Positions 1-12,916 of a DNA stretch of 64,000 bases are shown piece by piece (positions within the stretch are counted from its first letter, which is position 1; every line of letters starts with the position of its first letter). The notes below the pieces were generated by a model that did no database searches, was not told the origin of the DNA, and saw only the letters and a list, made by a program, of their open reading frames with translations. Origin of the DNA: Basidiobolus meristosporus CBS 931.73 (Eukaryota > Fungi > Basidiobolomycota); assembly GCA_002104905.1 (NCBI GenBank), contig MCFE01000053.1:131721-195720 (forward strand), read 5' to 3'. A program made the position numbers and the translations under genes.

Positions 1-267
1 GCCAACAAAGAAGATAGACAGGCACCAGGAGTACTGACTTGGTGTGAGTCCGATGTCGACCTCGAGTTTTGCCAAACGAGCATTTCCAATATTTACACGA
101 TCCAAGAAGGAGAATAGGTACAACAAGCCGGCATAAGGCAGAATTTTGAAATCCAGTTTTCGCAGCAACTCTTTGGCTTCCTCGGGGGTCCACGTTGCTT
201 CAGAGTCATATGCACCTGCTTTCATCTCTACCTCTACCTCGTTCTTTTTTTCCTGAAGGTCAGCCAT
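1..267 (-). CDS. MFS transporter, anion:cation symporter (Dal5/Tna1-like) family, 5' part; runs off the window
   Basis: Manual translation from ATG 267: MADLQEKKNEVEVEMKAGAYDSEATWTPEEAKELLRKLDFKILPYAGLLYLFSFLDRVNIGNARLAKLEVDIGLTPSQYSWCLSIFFVG. Contains the family motif LY(L)xSFLDRxNIGNA. Confidence 0.9.
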   Translation of the reverse strand, partial: MADLQEKKNEVEVEMKAGAYDSEATWTPEEAKELLRKLDFKILPYAGLLYLFSFLDRVNIGNARLAKLEVDIGLTPSQYSWCLSIFFVG

Positions 268-1044
268 TTGTATAGGGGATTGGTGTTTGAAAGGATAGAG
301 CCCGAAGTTAAGATGTACATCTTGACGGTCTATTTATATTCTATACCTTTATTACAGCTGCTACTAGTCAATGTTACGTGCTATGTAGACCGGCTCAAGA
401 CTGGTTTTTGGGAAGACGCCCACGCAAAGACTCCATGGTCAGTAGACGACGACAGATGGGATGAAATTAGTAAATTTCCACAGAATCAAGGAGAGTTTGT
501 TATGAAACCAACCAGGTGGGAATAAAGTTAAAGTAAGACAAAGTTGCCTTCAATAGTTCGATTCACTTTCCTCAATTGACTAGTCCAGTGTTTCTTATTG
601 TGAGGTGAATAGTTAAGAACCAGGTGACTCGCACAAAGTTTCGTACATCACGGATCGAGTACTTTCTGGGATACACCGTGAACACATTCAAATTTTGGCT
701 ATGGGAGCATCTTTCGCATTTGTTGCATTTTTCACATCAATCCAGTGTCACAAATGCCTTTATAATCTCTCATTGCTGAACTCATGATATGTATACCAAT
801 CTCAACTAATGAACTGGTGGTATTTTGTATCTGTGCTCAATGATGAAAAGCACATATTCACTCGAAGGGGTGAGATAGAAGGTATTGATGCATTCTTGTG
901 AACCCTGATCGATGGAATTATAATTAAACTCAGAGATAAGCTTTATTCATTTATACATTCTCCACATTACATATTGTTTTCTCTTGCACAAACATAAGCA
1001 TAAGCATGAGAAATTGGGTGGGGCAAAAATCAACCTGAGCCTTT

Positions 1045-2410
1045 CTACTCTTCTGTTTCAGCCTCTTCAGTTTCGCTGCCTTCGTCAATGTCTTCTTGGC
1101 TATTCTTCAGCTCATCAACGTCTGGCAAAATCCCTGAGAGAAGTTCGAGGGCATGCTTATGGTAGTTTCAACTGAACTGAAATCAGATCTGAAAGGTTCC
1201 GGATAGGTTCAGGCTTGATATGGCAACATCGTTAGTGGGGTAACATGATTTTTCAATGAATTTCAAGAACTTACTGAATCTACGACTGTTTTCATTAATA
1301 CCATAGCTTCTTGTACTGCGGTAATAAACTGGTCTTCCGCCTTCTCAGCATCCGCCTTAGCCTAAAGCTATCTGTTATCATCGTAGATCAAAAGATGGAA
1401 TCCAGCCAAATGCCTCTTACTGCTTCTTCTTTCTCAGGTTTTGCATTACGCAGGTTGGTCTTGCACGCGTCCAAATGTAGCCTGGCTGATTGAACATTTC
1501 GACGTGCTTTCTACAATGTGACATATCCTTCAGTATGGGTCGGGGTTTAACATCTCGATAACTCAATTGCTGTCGTACCATTGCTTTTTGAATATTCAGC
1601 TCAAGTGAGGCCTCGAGTGGTCGAATGAACTTCTTGTAGACATCGTCATCCTGCCGGTGCAATGTTGGTTCGCTAGCGATCATACTTGCACGTATTGAAG
1701 AGACATACCATATCCAGTCGTGCTTGACCTATCTGGTCGTGGGCGGTAGCAAACTTTGCCAGTGCAGTGCCTGTGGTTCGACGTGGTGAGCGGGAGACGC
1801 TATTGTACAAAGGATGCTGCAGCCATCATACCTAAAGGTTCCCCGACACCAATGATCTCTGCACTCTGTGCAGAGGCACGGGACAAAGCGTGGCTTAAGG
1901 TCTTGGGTGGCTCTTCAATTTCTTCCAAACCTGCACGGTCTCCAGCGTTCACCAAGGCTACTTGTTTCACTCCAATAGCCAAAGAACGAGTGAAATCAGC
2001 AAAAGAGTCTTGGAGATGATAAGGGTAATCGTATCCTTCGGTAGTGTAAACTCTAGCTACTTTAAGTAAGTTGTTGAACGAAACACGCACGGCATCCACA
2101 CGCTGAAAATAACGATCGTTAGATGACTGCCAAGGAAGAAACGCAGATTTGCGATCGAGAGATGGGATATCCGTAAAGTACTGACTTTCTCCATTTCAAC
2201 GTATTCCTTGGGCAGTTCGGTTACGTCAGTAGCATTCCCAAATTTCTCTTGTGCTAGCTATGTTGAATATCAATGTAATTAAACACAGTGCGATGGAGTG
2301 GTCCAGTTGAGCTATACCTGCTTTGCCTGGCCAAGGCCTTGCTCCAGACTTTGAGCAAACTTTTTGGCAAGTGGATTGAATTTTTGGCTGAAGGAAGAAA
2401 AGGAGTCCAT
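1045..2410 (-). CDS. GVP36: BAR-domain protein, Gvp36-like (multi-exon; apparent +1 frameshift in last exon at 1166-1168)
   Basis: Exons read MDSFSSFSQKFNPLAKKFAQSLEQGLGQAKQ, ..VYTTEGYDYP..KTLSHALSRAS.., KARRNVQSARLHLDACK, AEDQFITAVQEAMVLMKTVVDS|PEPIRNLSDLISVQL. Canonical GT-AG introns. Confidence 0.75.
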
Positions 2411-2780
2411 TGCTTGTTAGAAGAATACAAGATAAGTAGTTATGAGGGTAACTTGTAGAGTATTGGGAGGATTCACGATTATTTATGGCAGTTTTGTAGT
2501 GACGAAATTAGGATATTTTTGGATAGCAAATATTGCGCATAAATTGATCAGTCTACCAAATTGACCAATACTTTAATGCTTTCAAAAGACACACAACCAT
2601 ACATAAGCAATACTAGAGCAAATTCCGAGACCATGTATCTGAAAGTAATAACACCGTTGCACCTTATAGCCTGGTTGAGAACACATTGATACGTAAATAT
2701 ATTCAAAGGACAGGAATTATTTGGATAAATTTAATATATGAACAGTTGTCGTCTCTATAAGTGATCACTGCTCCATAGCG

Positions 2781-4707
<1,927 letters not shown>

Positions 4708-5048
4708 AGAAAAGCTATTTTGAGGTGCAAGTAGCAATTACTAAAGATGAAGTGGTGAAACAAGACTGTCATGTACAAAATTTCAAAGCAAATAAGCAGG
4801 AAATTATCCTAATATGTTTAATCATTATAGTGATCATTTCTTAAGTTGCCAACATGAGTTGTACATGTGATCACAGCATCATATGTTGAATACGGTGATG
4901 TCAATGCCGAGGTTCGTGTTCATTCAAATCAAATATTAATTGTGTATTCCAGCCAGAATTGATGAATAGGAGTAATAGGTTTATTGATAACAGCTACGTA
5001 TTTGTTACAACATACCGTTCATTAGGTAATGTTATGTGAGTTGGGAAT

Positions 5049-7755
5049 TTAATTGCCGAAAAAGCGTTTGTATAGACCACTGATACCACTGTGGTCATTG
5101 GTATCGTATGCAGAACCGCCAGATCCACCACCATTACCGCCAGATCCACCACCGTTACCGCCAGATCCACCGCCATTTCCACCAGAGCCGCCACCATTGC
5201 CAGGGCCATATCCTCCGGCACCACCACCGTTACCACCGGATCCGCCACCATTACCGCCGGCTCCTCCTCCGTTTCCAGTATCATAGCCACCAGCACCTCC
5301 TCCGTTTCCACCGGATCCACCGCCATTTCCACCAGATCCTCCACCGTTTCCTGGACCATAACCACCGGCACCTCCTCCATTACCTCCAGACCCTCCTCCA
5401 TTTCCACCGGATCCTCCACCGTTGCCACCAGATCCACCGCCATTTCCAGTGTCATAGGCTCCAGAACCTCCTCCATTGCCACCAGCACCACCTCCGTTTC
5501 CTGGGCCATATCCTCCGGTTCCACCACCGTTACCGCCGGCACCACCTCCGTTGCCAGTATCGTATCCTCCAGCGCCTCCGCCGTTACCACCGGATCCACC
5601 ACCATTGCCACCAGCACCTCCTCCGTTTCCTGGACCATAACCACCGGCACCGCCACCATTGCCGCCTGATCCTCCACCATTACCACCAGATCCGCCACCG
5701 TTTCCAGTGTCATAGGTTCCAGCCCCTCCTCCGTTTCCGCCGCCATTACCACCAGCTCCTCCTCCATTTCCTGGGCCATAACTACCGGCTCCACCCCCAT
5801 TGCCTCCAGAACCTCCACCGTTTCCGGTATCATACGCACCAGAGCCTCCGCCGTTACCACCGGATCCACCGCCGTTGCCACCAGAGCCTCCTCCGTTTCC
5901 TGGGCCGTAGCCACCGGCTCCTCCTCCATTACCACCAGACCCTCCTCCATTACCACCAGATCCTCCGCCGTTTCCAGTATCGTAGGCTCCACCACCGTTT
6001 CCACCGGATCCACCACCGTTGCCACCAGAGCCTCCTCCGTTTCCTGGGCCATAGCCACCGGCACCACCACCATTGCCTCCGGATCCTCCGCCATTTCCTC
6101 CAGATCCTCCGCCGTTTCCAGTATCGTAGGCTCCACCACCGTTTCCACCGGATCCACCACCGTTGCCACCAGAGCCCCCTCCGTTTCCTGGGCCATAGCC
6201 ACCAGCACCGCCACCGTTGCCTCCTGAGCCTCCTCCATTGCCTCCAGAACCACCACCGTTTCCGGTATCATATGCACCAGAGCCTCCGCCGTTACCACCG
6301 GATCCACCGCCGTTACCACCAGAGCCTCCTCCGTTTCCTGGACCGTAGCCACCGGCGCCACCTCCATTACCTCCAGATCCACCGCCGTTACCACCAGAAC
6401 CACCGCCGTTTCCGGTATCATATGCACCAGCGCCACCTCCATTACCACCAGCACCACCACCGTTGCCGCCGGCTCCCCCTCCATTTCCTGGACCGTATCC
6501 TCCAGCGCCACCGCCATTTCCACCGGATCCGCCACCGTTGCCTCCGGATCCGCCGCCATTTCCGGTGTCGTAGGAACCAGCACCACCACCGTGCACCAGC
6601 TCCTCCATTTCCTGGGCCGTATCCACCGGCACCGCCACCATTACCACCGGATCCTCCACCGTTTCCTGGTCCGTACCCACCGGCACCACCGCCATTGCCT
6701 CCTGATCCACCACCATTGCCACCGGATCCACCACCATTGCCACCGGATCCACCACCGTTTCCGGTATCGTAGGCACCAGCACCAGCACCACCACCGTTTC
6801 CGCCGGATCCTCCTCCATTTCCTGGGCCGTATCCGCCAGCGCCGCCACCATTGCCTCCTGATCCACCACCGTTACCACCGGATCCTCCACCATTTCCAGT
6901 GTCGTAGGCACCAGCACCACCACCGTTTCCGCCGGATCCACCGCCGTTGCCACCAGAGCCTCCTCCATTTCCTGGGCCGTATCCGCCAGCGCCGCCACCA
7001 TTGCCACCTGATCCACCACCGTTTCCAGTGTCGTAGGCACCAGCACCGCCACCGTTTCCGCCGGATCCACCACCGTTGCCACCAGAGCCTCCTCCGTTTC
7101 CTGGGCCGTAGCCACCGGCACCGCCGCCATTGCCACCTGATCCGCCACCATTGCCACCGGCTCCACCACCGTTTCCAGTGTCGTAGGCACCAGCACCGCC
7201 ACCGTTTCCGCCGGATCCACCACCGTTGCCACCAGAGCCTCCTCCGTTTCCTGGGCCGTAGCCACCGGCACCGCCGCCATTGCCACCTGATCCACCACCA
7301 TTGCCACCGGCTCCACCACCGTTTCCAGTGTCGTAGGCACCAGCACCGCCACCGTTTCCGCCGGACCCACCGCCGTTGCCACCAGAGCCTCCTCCGTTTC
7401 CTGGGCCATAACCACCGGCACCACCTCCATTTCCTCCAGATCCACCACCGTTGCCACCGGCACCGCCACCATTTCCTCCGGATCCACCTCCGTTACCAGT
7501 GTCATAACCACCAGCACCACCTCCATTACCGCCGGATCCACCTCCATTTCCACCAGAACCTCCGCCATTTCCTGGGCCATATCCTCCAGCACCTCCTCCG
7601 TTCCCTCCGGACCCGCCTCCGTTACCTGCACCCGAGAGATCGCTGGTATCATAGGCACCAACACCGCTTCCAGCACCATGACCGGACCCAGCTCCCGCAC
7701 TTGCTGAGGTAGCAGCGGAAATTAAAAAGATGAGGGCAGGGGCAGAGAATTTCAT
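5049..7755 (-). CDS. Secreted glycine-rich repetitive (silk/structural-like) protein, ~900 aa; net -2 frameshift at ~6591-6594
   Basis: Signal peptide MKFSAPALIFLISAATSASA, then GGNGGG(S/A) repeats punctuated by AYDT and GYGP. The Gly-rich frame switches from ORF 6442..7806 to ORF 5049..7700 at GGTGCACGGTGG (repeat consensus GGTGGCAACGGTGG). C-terminus is AYDTNDHSGISGLYKRFFGN*. Confidence 0.85.
5100..7640. repeat. Coding tandem array: 21-nt unit (GGNGGGS/A) organised into higher-order AYDT/GYGP blocks
   Basis: Direct reading of the sequence. Third codon positions vary between units. Confidence 0.95.
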
Positions 7756-8642
7756 AGTACTGAAAACGCTTAAATATCTAAAGACTCGAAGGTCTGATAC
7801 ATCCAACTGGGAAGATGGCCGAGCTTATATACCTCGAAGGCAATCTTGCCAAATTATGCCAATGAATCCTAATTGAGGTTCCAATTGAAAAATCGCTGAA
7901 TTTTGGAATAGCGCCCTTAAACTTTGGAATTGTTCCCCTTGACCCCTTAATGTATTTGTTTCGGGATACAATATCAGTGTTTACTGATCTGTTCTCAAAG
8001 CCTTAGTATTGAGCTAAAATAATCATGCACTCATGTGTTCCTTACATTATATTGAAACATTTCTATCCCTTAAACCGAGGGAAATCATCAAATAGTACGA
8101 AGCGAGCAATGTATTGCGAATGCGTTGACATTGATGGAAGATTATTCAGTGTATGGGAGATTGATTTATGGATCTGTAAAGCACATTATTCCCTCAAGTA
8201 TGATCCTACATTCCAAAATAGGGAAATGATTCCATTGGGTTCATGACATTATGATAGAGCATGTGTTGGCACTCAAGACATACATCGGCCCACCTGCATA
8301 ATGGTGCCTTGACTTTAGTGCACCCTTTTACACACTCTAGTTGTATTTCGACCATCTTCTATCTGGATTCCCTAAAAGTTAGTCCACATTCGTATCGTAA
8401 ATATTCCGAATGTAGGAAATTAAATCGGTCATCGAGGATGGTCTATTGCCATAGCCTTTAGCAAACAGCAGCTGGGAATTTGGACATTGCGTTACTGCAA
8501 GTTCAGTGCACCAAGAATTCCCCGGTCGCTATATATCGGCCTTATGCCCACTTCTCCTCAAGTCAAACAACCTCGCTTACCACGAGTACTTCAGCCAATA
8601 CCCCAAGTCTCAAAACCCACAACTCCTGATAAACCGGGCAAC

Positions 8643-9341
8643 ATGCATTTCACTCGTGTCTTCTTGTGCGCTACATTCTCTGCTCTGTTCTACTACGCAG
8701 AGGCCAGCCCGTCAATCACCTCCCCTCTGGGAAGCAATTGGCAAGCAGGAACAACGCAGACAATCACCTGGATTGACAACGGGGACAAGGAAGGGATGCC
8801 CGAGTACTTTGACCTCTACCTGATGGCTGGCAAGATGACAGCTCTCCAGCAGGTGGGTGTGATTGCCACCAACATCACCACCAAGCCAGGTCAGTACAAA
8901 TGGGACATCCCGAAGGAAACACCATCAGGAAAGGACTATGCCATTCGTATTGGTGCGCCACCGAGTGTCTCATACAGTCCATATTTCGAGATCTCCGGAG
9001 GTGCCGGCTCAAGACCCGAAAGTGGCCAAACTACTGGCTACTATGGTACGAGCACACCAAACTCGGACACTTCAGCGGGATATAACCCTGACAAACAGTC
9101 ACCCGCGTCACCCAGCCCCGGCCCGAACGGAAAATCAAGCGAGTCACAGCGCAAGAGTATGGGAAGCAGTGTGGACGCATCGACACTCACCATCCTCACC
9201 ATTGGAGCTTTGGCGATTGGATCAACAGTCTCACATTGTAGAGAATCGATGACAGGCGTAGTAGGATCGAATGACGATTCAATTAGAACGGAAAATGATG
9301 TTAGAGAAACCGCGAACCCATTATTTATTGGTCAGATGTAG
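8643..9341 (+). CDS. Ser/Thr-rich GPI-anchored cell-wall protein (Kre9/KNH N-terminal-like domain), copy 1; 1-nt deletion at ~9221 replaces the hydrophobic end with a hydrophilic extension
   Basis: MHFTRVFLCATFSALFYYAEA signal; domain ITSPLGSNWQAGTTQTITW..GQYKWDIP..GKDYAIRIG..SYSPYFEI. GGATCAAC here versus GGAATCAAC in copy 2. Confidence 0.85.
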   Translation: MHFTRVFLCATFSALFYYAEASPSITSPLGSNWQAGTTQTITWIDNGDKEGMPEYFDLYLMAGKMTALQQVGVIATNITTKPGQYKWDIPKETPSGKDYAIRIGAPPSVSYSPYFEISGGAGSRPESGQTTGYYGTSTPNSDTSAGYNPDKQSPASPSPGPNGKSSESQRKSMGSSVDASTLTILTIGALAIGSTVSHCRESMTGVVGSNDDSIRTENDVRETANPLFIGQM

Positions 9342-9720
9342 AAAATCTATATTTAATATATGAATAAAAGCAAAATTCTTACCTATCTTTTCTTTCATAC
9401 AAAATCATTTTGCTGGTAATATGAAGAAATCAAGAATCAACGTTCCTATTGTCCCCTGAGTCCCGTATTTTTATTACACCACTCATGTATCTTTTCATTA
9501 TTGGAGGTTTATAAGTGAACCAGGCGGATGAAATCATCACGGATTAGTAACTTCAAATACGATTATTCGCGAAGTAATTCGTGCATGTTGAGTTTACTGG
9601 AATTGGGGTTTATTATGAAAATTAAAGAACAATTAATAAATACAAATTTCCCATTCTCTAGCACCATTGTCTAATCTAATGGAATCGTCATTCGATCCTG
9701 CTACGCCTGTCATTGATTCT

Positions 9721-10320
9721 CTACAATGTGAGACTGTTGATTCCAATCGCCAAAGCTCCAATGGTGAGGATGGTGAGTGTCGATGCGTCCACACTGCTTC
9801 CCATACTCTTGCGCTGTGACTCGCTTGATTTTCCGTTCGGGCCGGGGCTGGGTGACGCGGGTGACTGTTTGTCAGGGTTATATCCCGCTGAAGTGTCCGA
9901 GTTTGGTGTGCTCGTACCATAGTAGCCAGTAGTTTGGCCACTTTCGGGTCTTGAGCCGGCACCTCCGGAGATCTCGAAATATGGACTGTATGAGACACTC
10001 GGTGGCGCACCAATACGAATGGCATAGTCCTTTCCTGATGGTGTTTCCTTCGGGATGTCCCATTTGTACTGACCTGGCTTGGTGGTGATGTTGGTGGCAA
10101 TCACACCCACCTGCTGAAGAGCTGTCATCTTGCCAGCCATCAGGTAGAGGTCAAAGTACTCGGGCATCCCTTCCTTGTCCCCGTTGTCAATCCAGGTGAT
10201 TGTCTGCGTTGTTCCTGCTTGCCAATTGCTTCCCAGAGGGGAGGTGATTGACGGGCTGGCCTCTGCGTAGTAGAACAGAGCAGAGAATGTAGCGCACAAG
10301 AAGACACGAGTGAAATGCAT
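9721..10320 (-). CDS. Ser/Thr-rich GPI-anchored cell-wall protein, copy 2 (intact GPI signal ..TLTILTIGALAIGINSLTL*)
   Basis: Inverted near-identical copy of 8643.., with signal peptide, domain, S/T/P linker and hydrophobic C-terminus. Confidence 0.9.
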   Translation of the reverse strand: MHFTRVFLCATFSALFYYAEASPSITSPLGSNWQAGTTQTITWIDNGDKEGMPEYFDLYLMAGKMTALQQVGVIATNITTKPGQYKWDIPKETPSGKDYAIRIGAPPSVSYSPYFEISGGAGSRPESGQTTGYYGTSTPNSDTSAGYNPDKQSPASPSPGPNGKSSESQRKSMGSSVDASTLTILTIGALAIGINSLTL

Positions 10321-10841
10321 GTTGCCCGGTTTATCAGGAGTTGTAGGTTTTGAGACTTGGGGTATCGGCTGAAGTACTCGTGGTAAGCGAGGTTGTTTGA
10401 CTTGAGGAGAAGTGGGCACAAGGCCGATATATAGCGACCGGGGAATTCTTGGTGCACTGAACTTGCAGTAACATACACTCAAACTCCTTCTCAACGTCAT
10501 CTGCTGCATACCAAGTGGGTAGATGTATTAATATAAAAGTGGAAATTTTGAACTCCACATGCACTCCTCGCCCACCCACCCCCGCACTCTTGGACATTGC
10601 AGCGGAAACTAAAGCTGGGATAACCATTTTTCCCTACTGACGGTAGCTGGGTATAAGTAACTCTACTATCCTTGAATCGTTTTTGAGTAATTTCATGAAT
10701 GCTGGATGGAATTTAACAAACAGTTCGAACTCCCTGGAATCAATAGAGTATTGTATATAGAAATTGTTTATTTCTTAATAACAACCTAACTACACATAAA
10801 TAAGATCTTCTGCCCAATAATTATTTTCTAAATGATAAGAA

Positions 10842-11417
10842 TTACATGTTCTTGAAATAGAAAGCAAACATACTGGACACCAGTAAATGAGATAGATTGT
10901 GTCTGGTAATAATACCCTCTGATGGTTTGGCATGGGCGCTTGAAATAATACTAGAATTAGGTTTCTGTTCCTCCGCTTTAGTTCCATTACTCTGGGGCTT
11001 TGTATCAGTACCGGAGCTACCATTTCCGGATACGTTGCTATCGGGTCTTGAGCCAGCACCTCCGGAGATCTCGAAATATGGACTGTATGAGACACTCGGT
11101 GGCGCACCAATACGAATGGCATAGTCCTTTCCTGATGGTGTTTCCTTCGGGATGTCCCATTTGTACTGACCTGGCTTGGTGGTGATGTTGGTGGCAATCA
11201 CACCCACCTGCTGAAGAGCTGTCATCTTGCCAGCCATCAGGTAGAGGTCAAAGTACTCGGGCATCCCTTCCTTGTCCCCGTTGTCAATCCAGGTGATTGT
11301 CTGCGTTGTTCCTGCTTGCCAATTACTTCCCAGAGGGGAGGTGATTGATGGGCTGGCCTCTGCGTAGTAGAACAGAGCAGAGAATGTAGCGCACAAGAAG
11401 ACACGGGTGAAATGCAT
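10842..11417 (-). CDS. Ser/Thr-rich GPI-anchored protein, copy 3 (same N-terminal domain, different tail)
   Basis: First ~125 aa identical to copy 2, with 4 synonymous changes seen. Tail is DSNVSGNG..HLLVSSMFAFYFKNM*. Confidence 0.85.
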   Translation of the reverse strand: MHFTRVFLCATFSALFYYAEASPSITSPLGSNWQAGTTQTITWIDNGDKEGMPEYFDLYLMAGKMTALQQVGVIATNITTKPGQYKWDIPKETPSGKDYAIRIGAPPSVSYSPYFEISGGAGSRPDSNVSGNGSSGTDTKPQSNGTKAEEQKPNSSIISSAHAKPSEGIITRHNLSHLLVSSMFAFYFKNM

Positions 11418-12916
11418 ACTGATCAAGTTAGAAACTACAGATATTGAATTCTAGATAAATATGATTGGTGCTCAATAGACTCTTTCTAAGTATCCTTTAT
11501 GTTGATTCGGTAACAGAGGGATAAAGTGCTTGTATGAAAGTCAGTGGCTTGATTCGGAAGGATGGATAAGGGCCCCATATATAGTGATCGGGAAATTACA
11601 GATGCACCAAATCTGCAGTAATGCAATCAACTCTCATCGAATGCAAGATGTCAGTTAAAATCCCCACAGTTATGCGGAAGGATTGCTTTGGACTTTCTCC
11701 GAGGTCCACTCTTATGCAATGGAGGTTTTGTTCCCCAGCCCTCTCAAAACGCTGTGTATCGTAACATCTAATCTTGAAGACTGTGGTGTGATTCGAGTAG
11801 GAATTCATGAACAGGGCATACTAAAGAACACGGTTGCTTCAAAGATCATACAGATACATATAAACGTGTACACCTAGCGGACCTCCGCAGCCATGATCTT
11901 CGCTATAATATCAATCATGAACATGTTTGTGTTTGTGCCACATCCATCAATGTTACTCGACCGGCCTAGTTAGGAATATCATGATACAATTCACTAAAGC
12001 GCATATATAGCAGACTCGATGACAGCTGACCTATATGCAGTAATCCATCCCCAAACCACCTCACATTCATATATCTCGTACTGAGAGTGACTACCAGAGT
12101 GACTATGGCTAAAAGGGAGCTTTTTTATCTGAAACCAAAATATGGGATTTCCAATGAAGAGCCACGAAGCCAGGGTGTATAGTCAACTCGGGTCACCTTT
12201 ACGTAGACAACAATACAATTAAACTCTAAACTCCATTAAGACGGGACCTAGACTCACAACCAGCCATCAGAGAATTCGACCAGATCAAGTGGAACCATGC
12301 GATCTGATGTTTTTAGCAATAACTTTTTATGGCCTTCGTTAGCGATAGCACTAAAGCCAGTCTTGGCATACCTTAATGCCTTGACCACTCAGCCGCCAAC
12401 GCTTGGCTCGTAATGTTCCCAATTATAGACCATTCTTTGTGTATGCAACATGGATGTGCTTTAACCTTGTCAACATGACACATCACAACTTCACCAGTTC
12501 TGTGTGCTTAATCCAAATGGAGTTAAGTGTACTGTACTTCATTGGCGCCTCGGATCTGAGACACAGACATTAGTAAGCTTGAGATTTTTTTATATTGATT
12601 TTATTTCGGTTGGATTATTTGGTCATAGTACACGATTGTAGCTGCATATTGGTAATCTACAATATCGATTGGAACTATCATTTTGTTGGCCCATTCTAGC
12701 CAATATATAGGGTTGGTACTGTAATATTGGGGAAATTTCTGTATTCTACATAAACCCTATGCATGGTGCGCACTTGAGATTCCCAAACCTCCATAAATTT
12801 ATACAATTTCCTGATTTCTCTTTCCGTCTGTTCTGTATTATACTTGTACTTGACCAAAGTGTGCGCTACTTCCTCTCCATATCCACGAGAACCCATAGGT
12901 GCATATTATCATTCTC

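Larger units (their letters stand above)
8491..10472. repeat. Inverted duplication 1: arms ~8491-9290 and ~9675-10472 (~99% identical), ~385-bp unique spacer
   Basis: gttactgcaagttcagtgcacc.. at 8491 is the reverse complement of ..ggtgcactgaacttgcagtaac ending 10472. Identity continues through the CDS into the 3' UTR, with a few substitutions and one indel. Confidence 0.95.

Noticed and set aside
850-930. GAACCCTGATC segment reminiscent of a TPP riboswitch near the MFS promoter
   Set aside because: It lacks CTGAGA and the P4/P5 pairing, and is on the wrong strand for the MFS gene.
4994-7712. Long Pro-rich, His/Arg-rich and Val/Glu/Met-rich ORFs overlapping the Gly-rich gene
   Set aside because: These are alternative-frame and antisense shadows of the GGN-rich repeat, which is naturally stop-poor. 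Only the Gly frame has a signal peptide.
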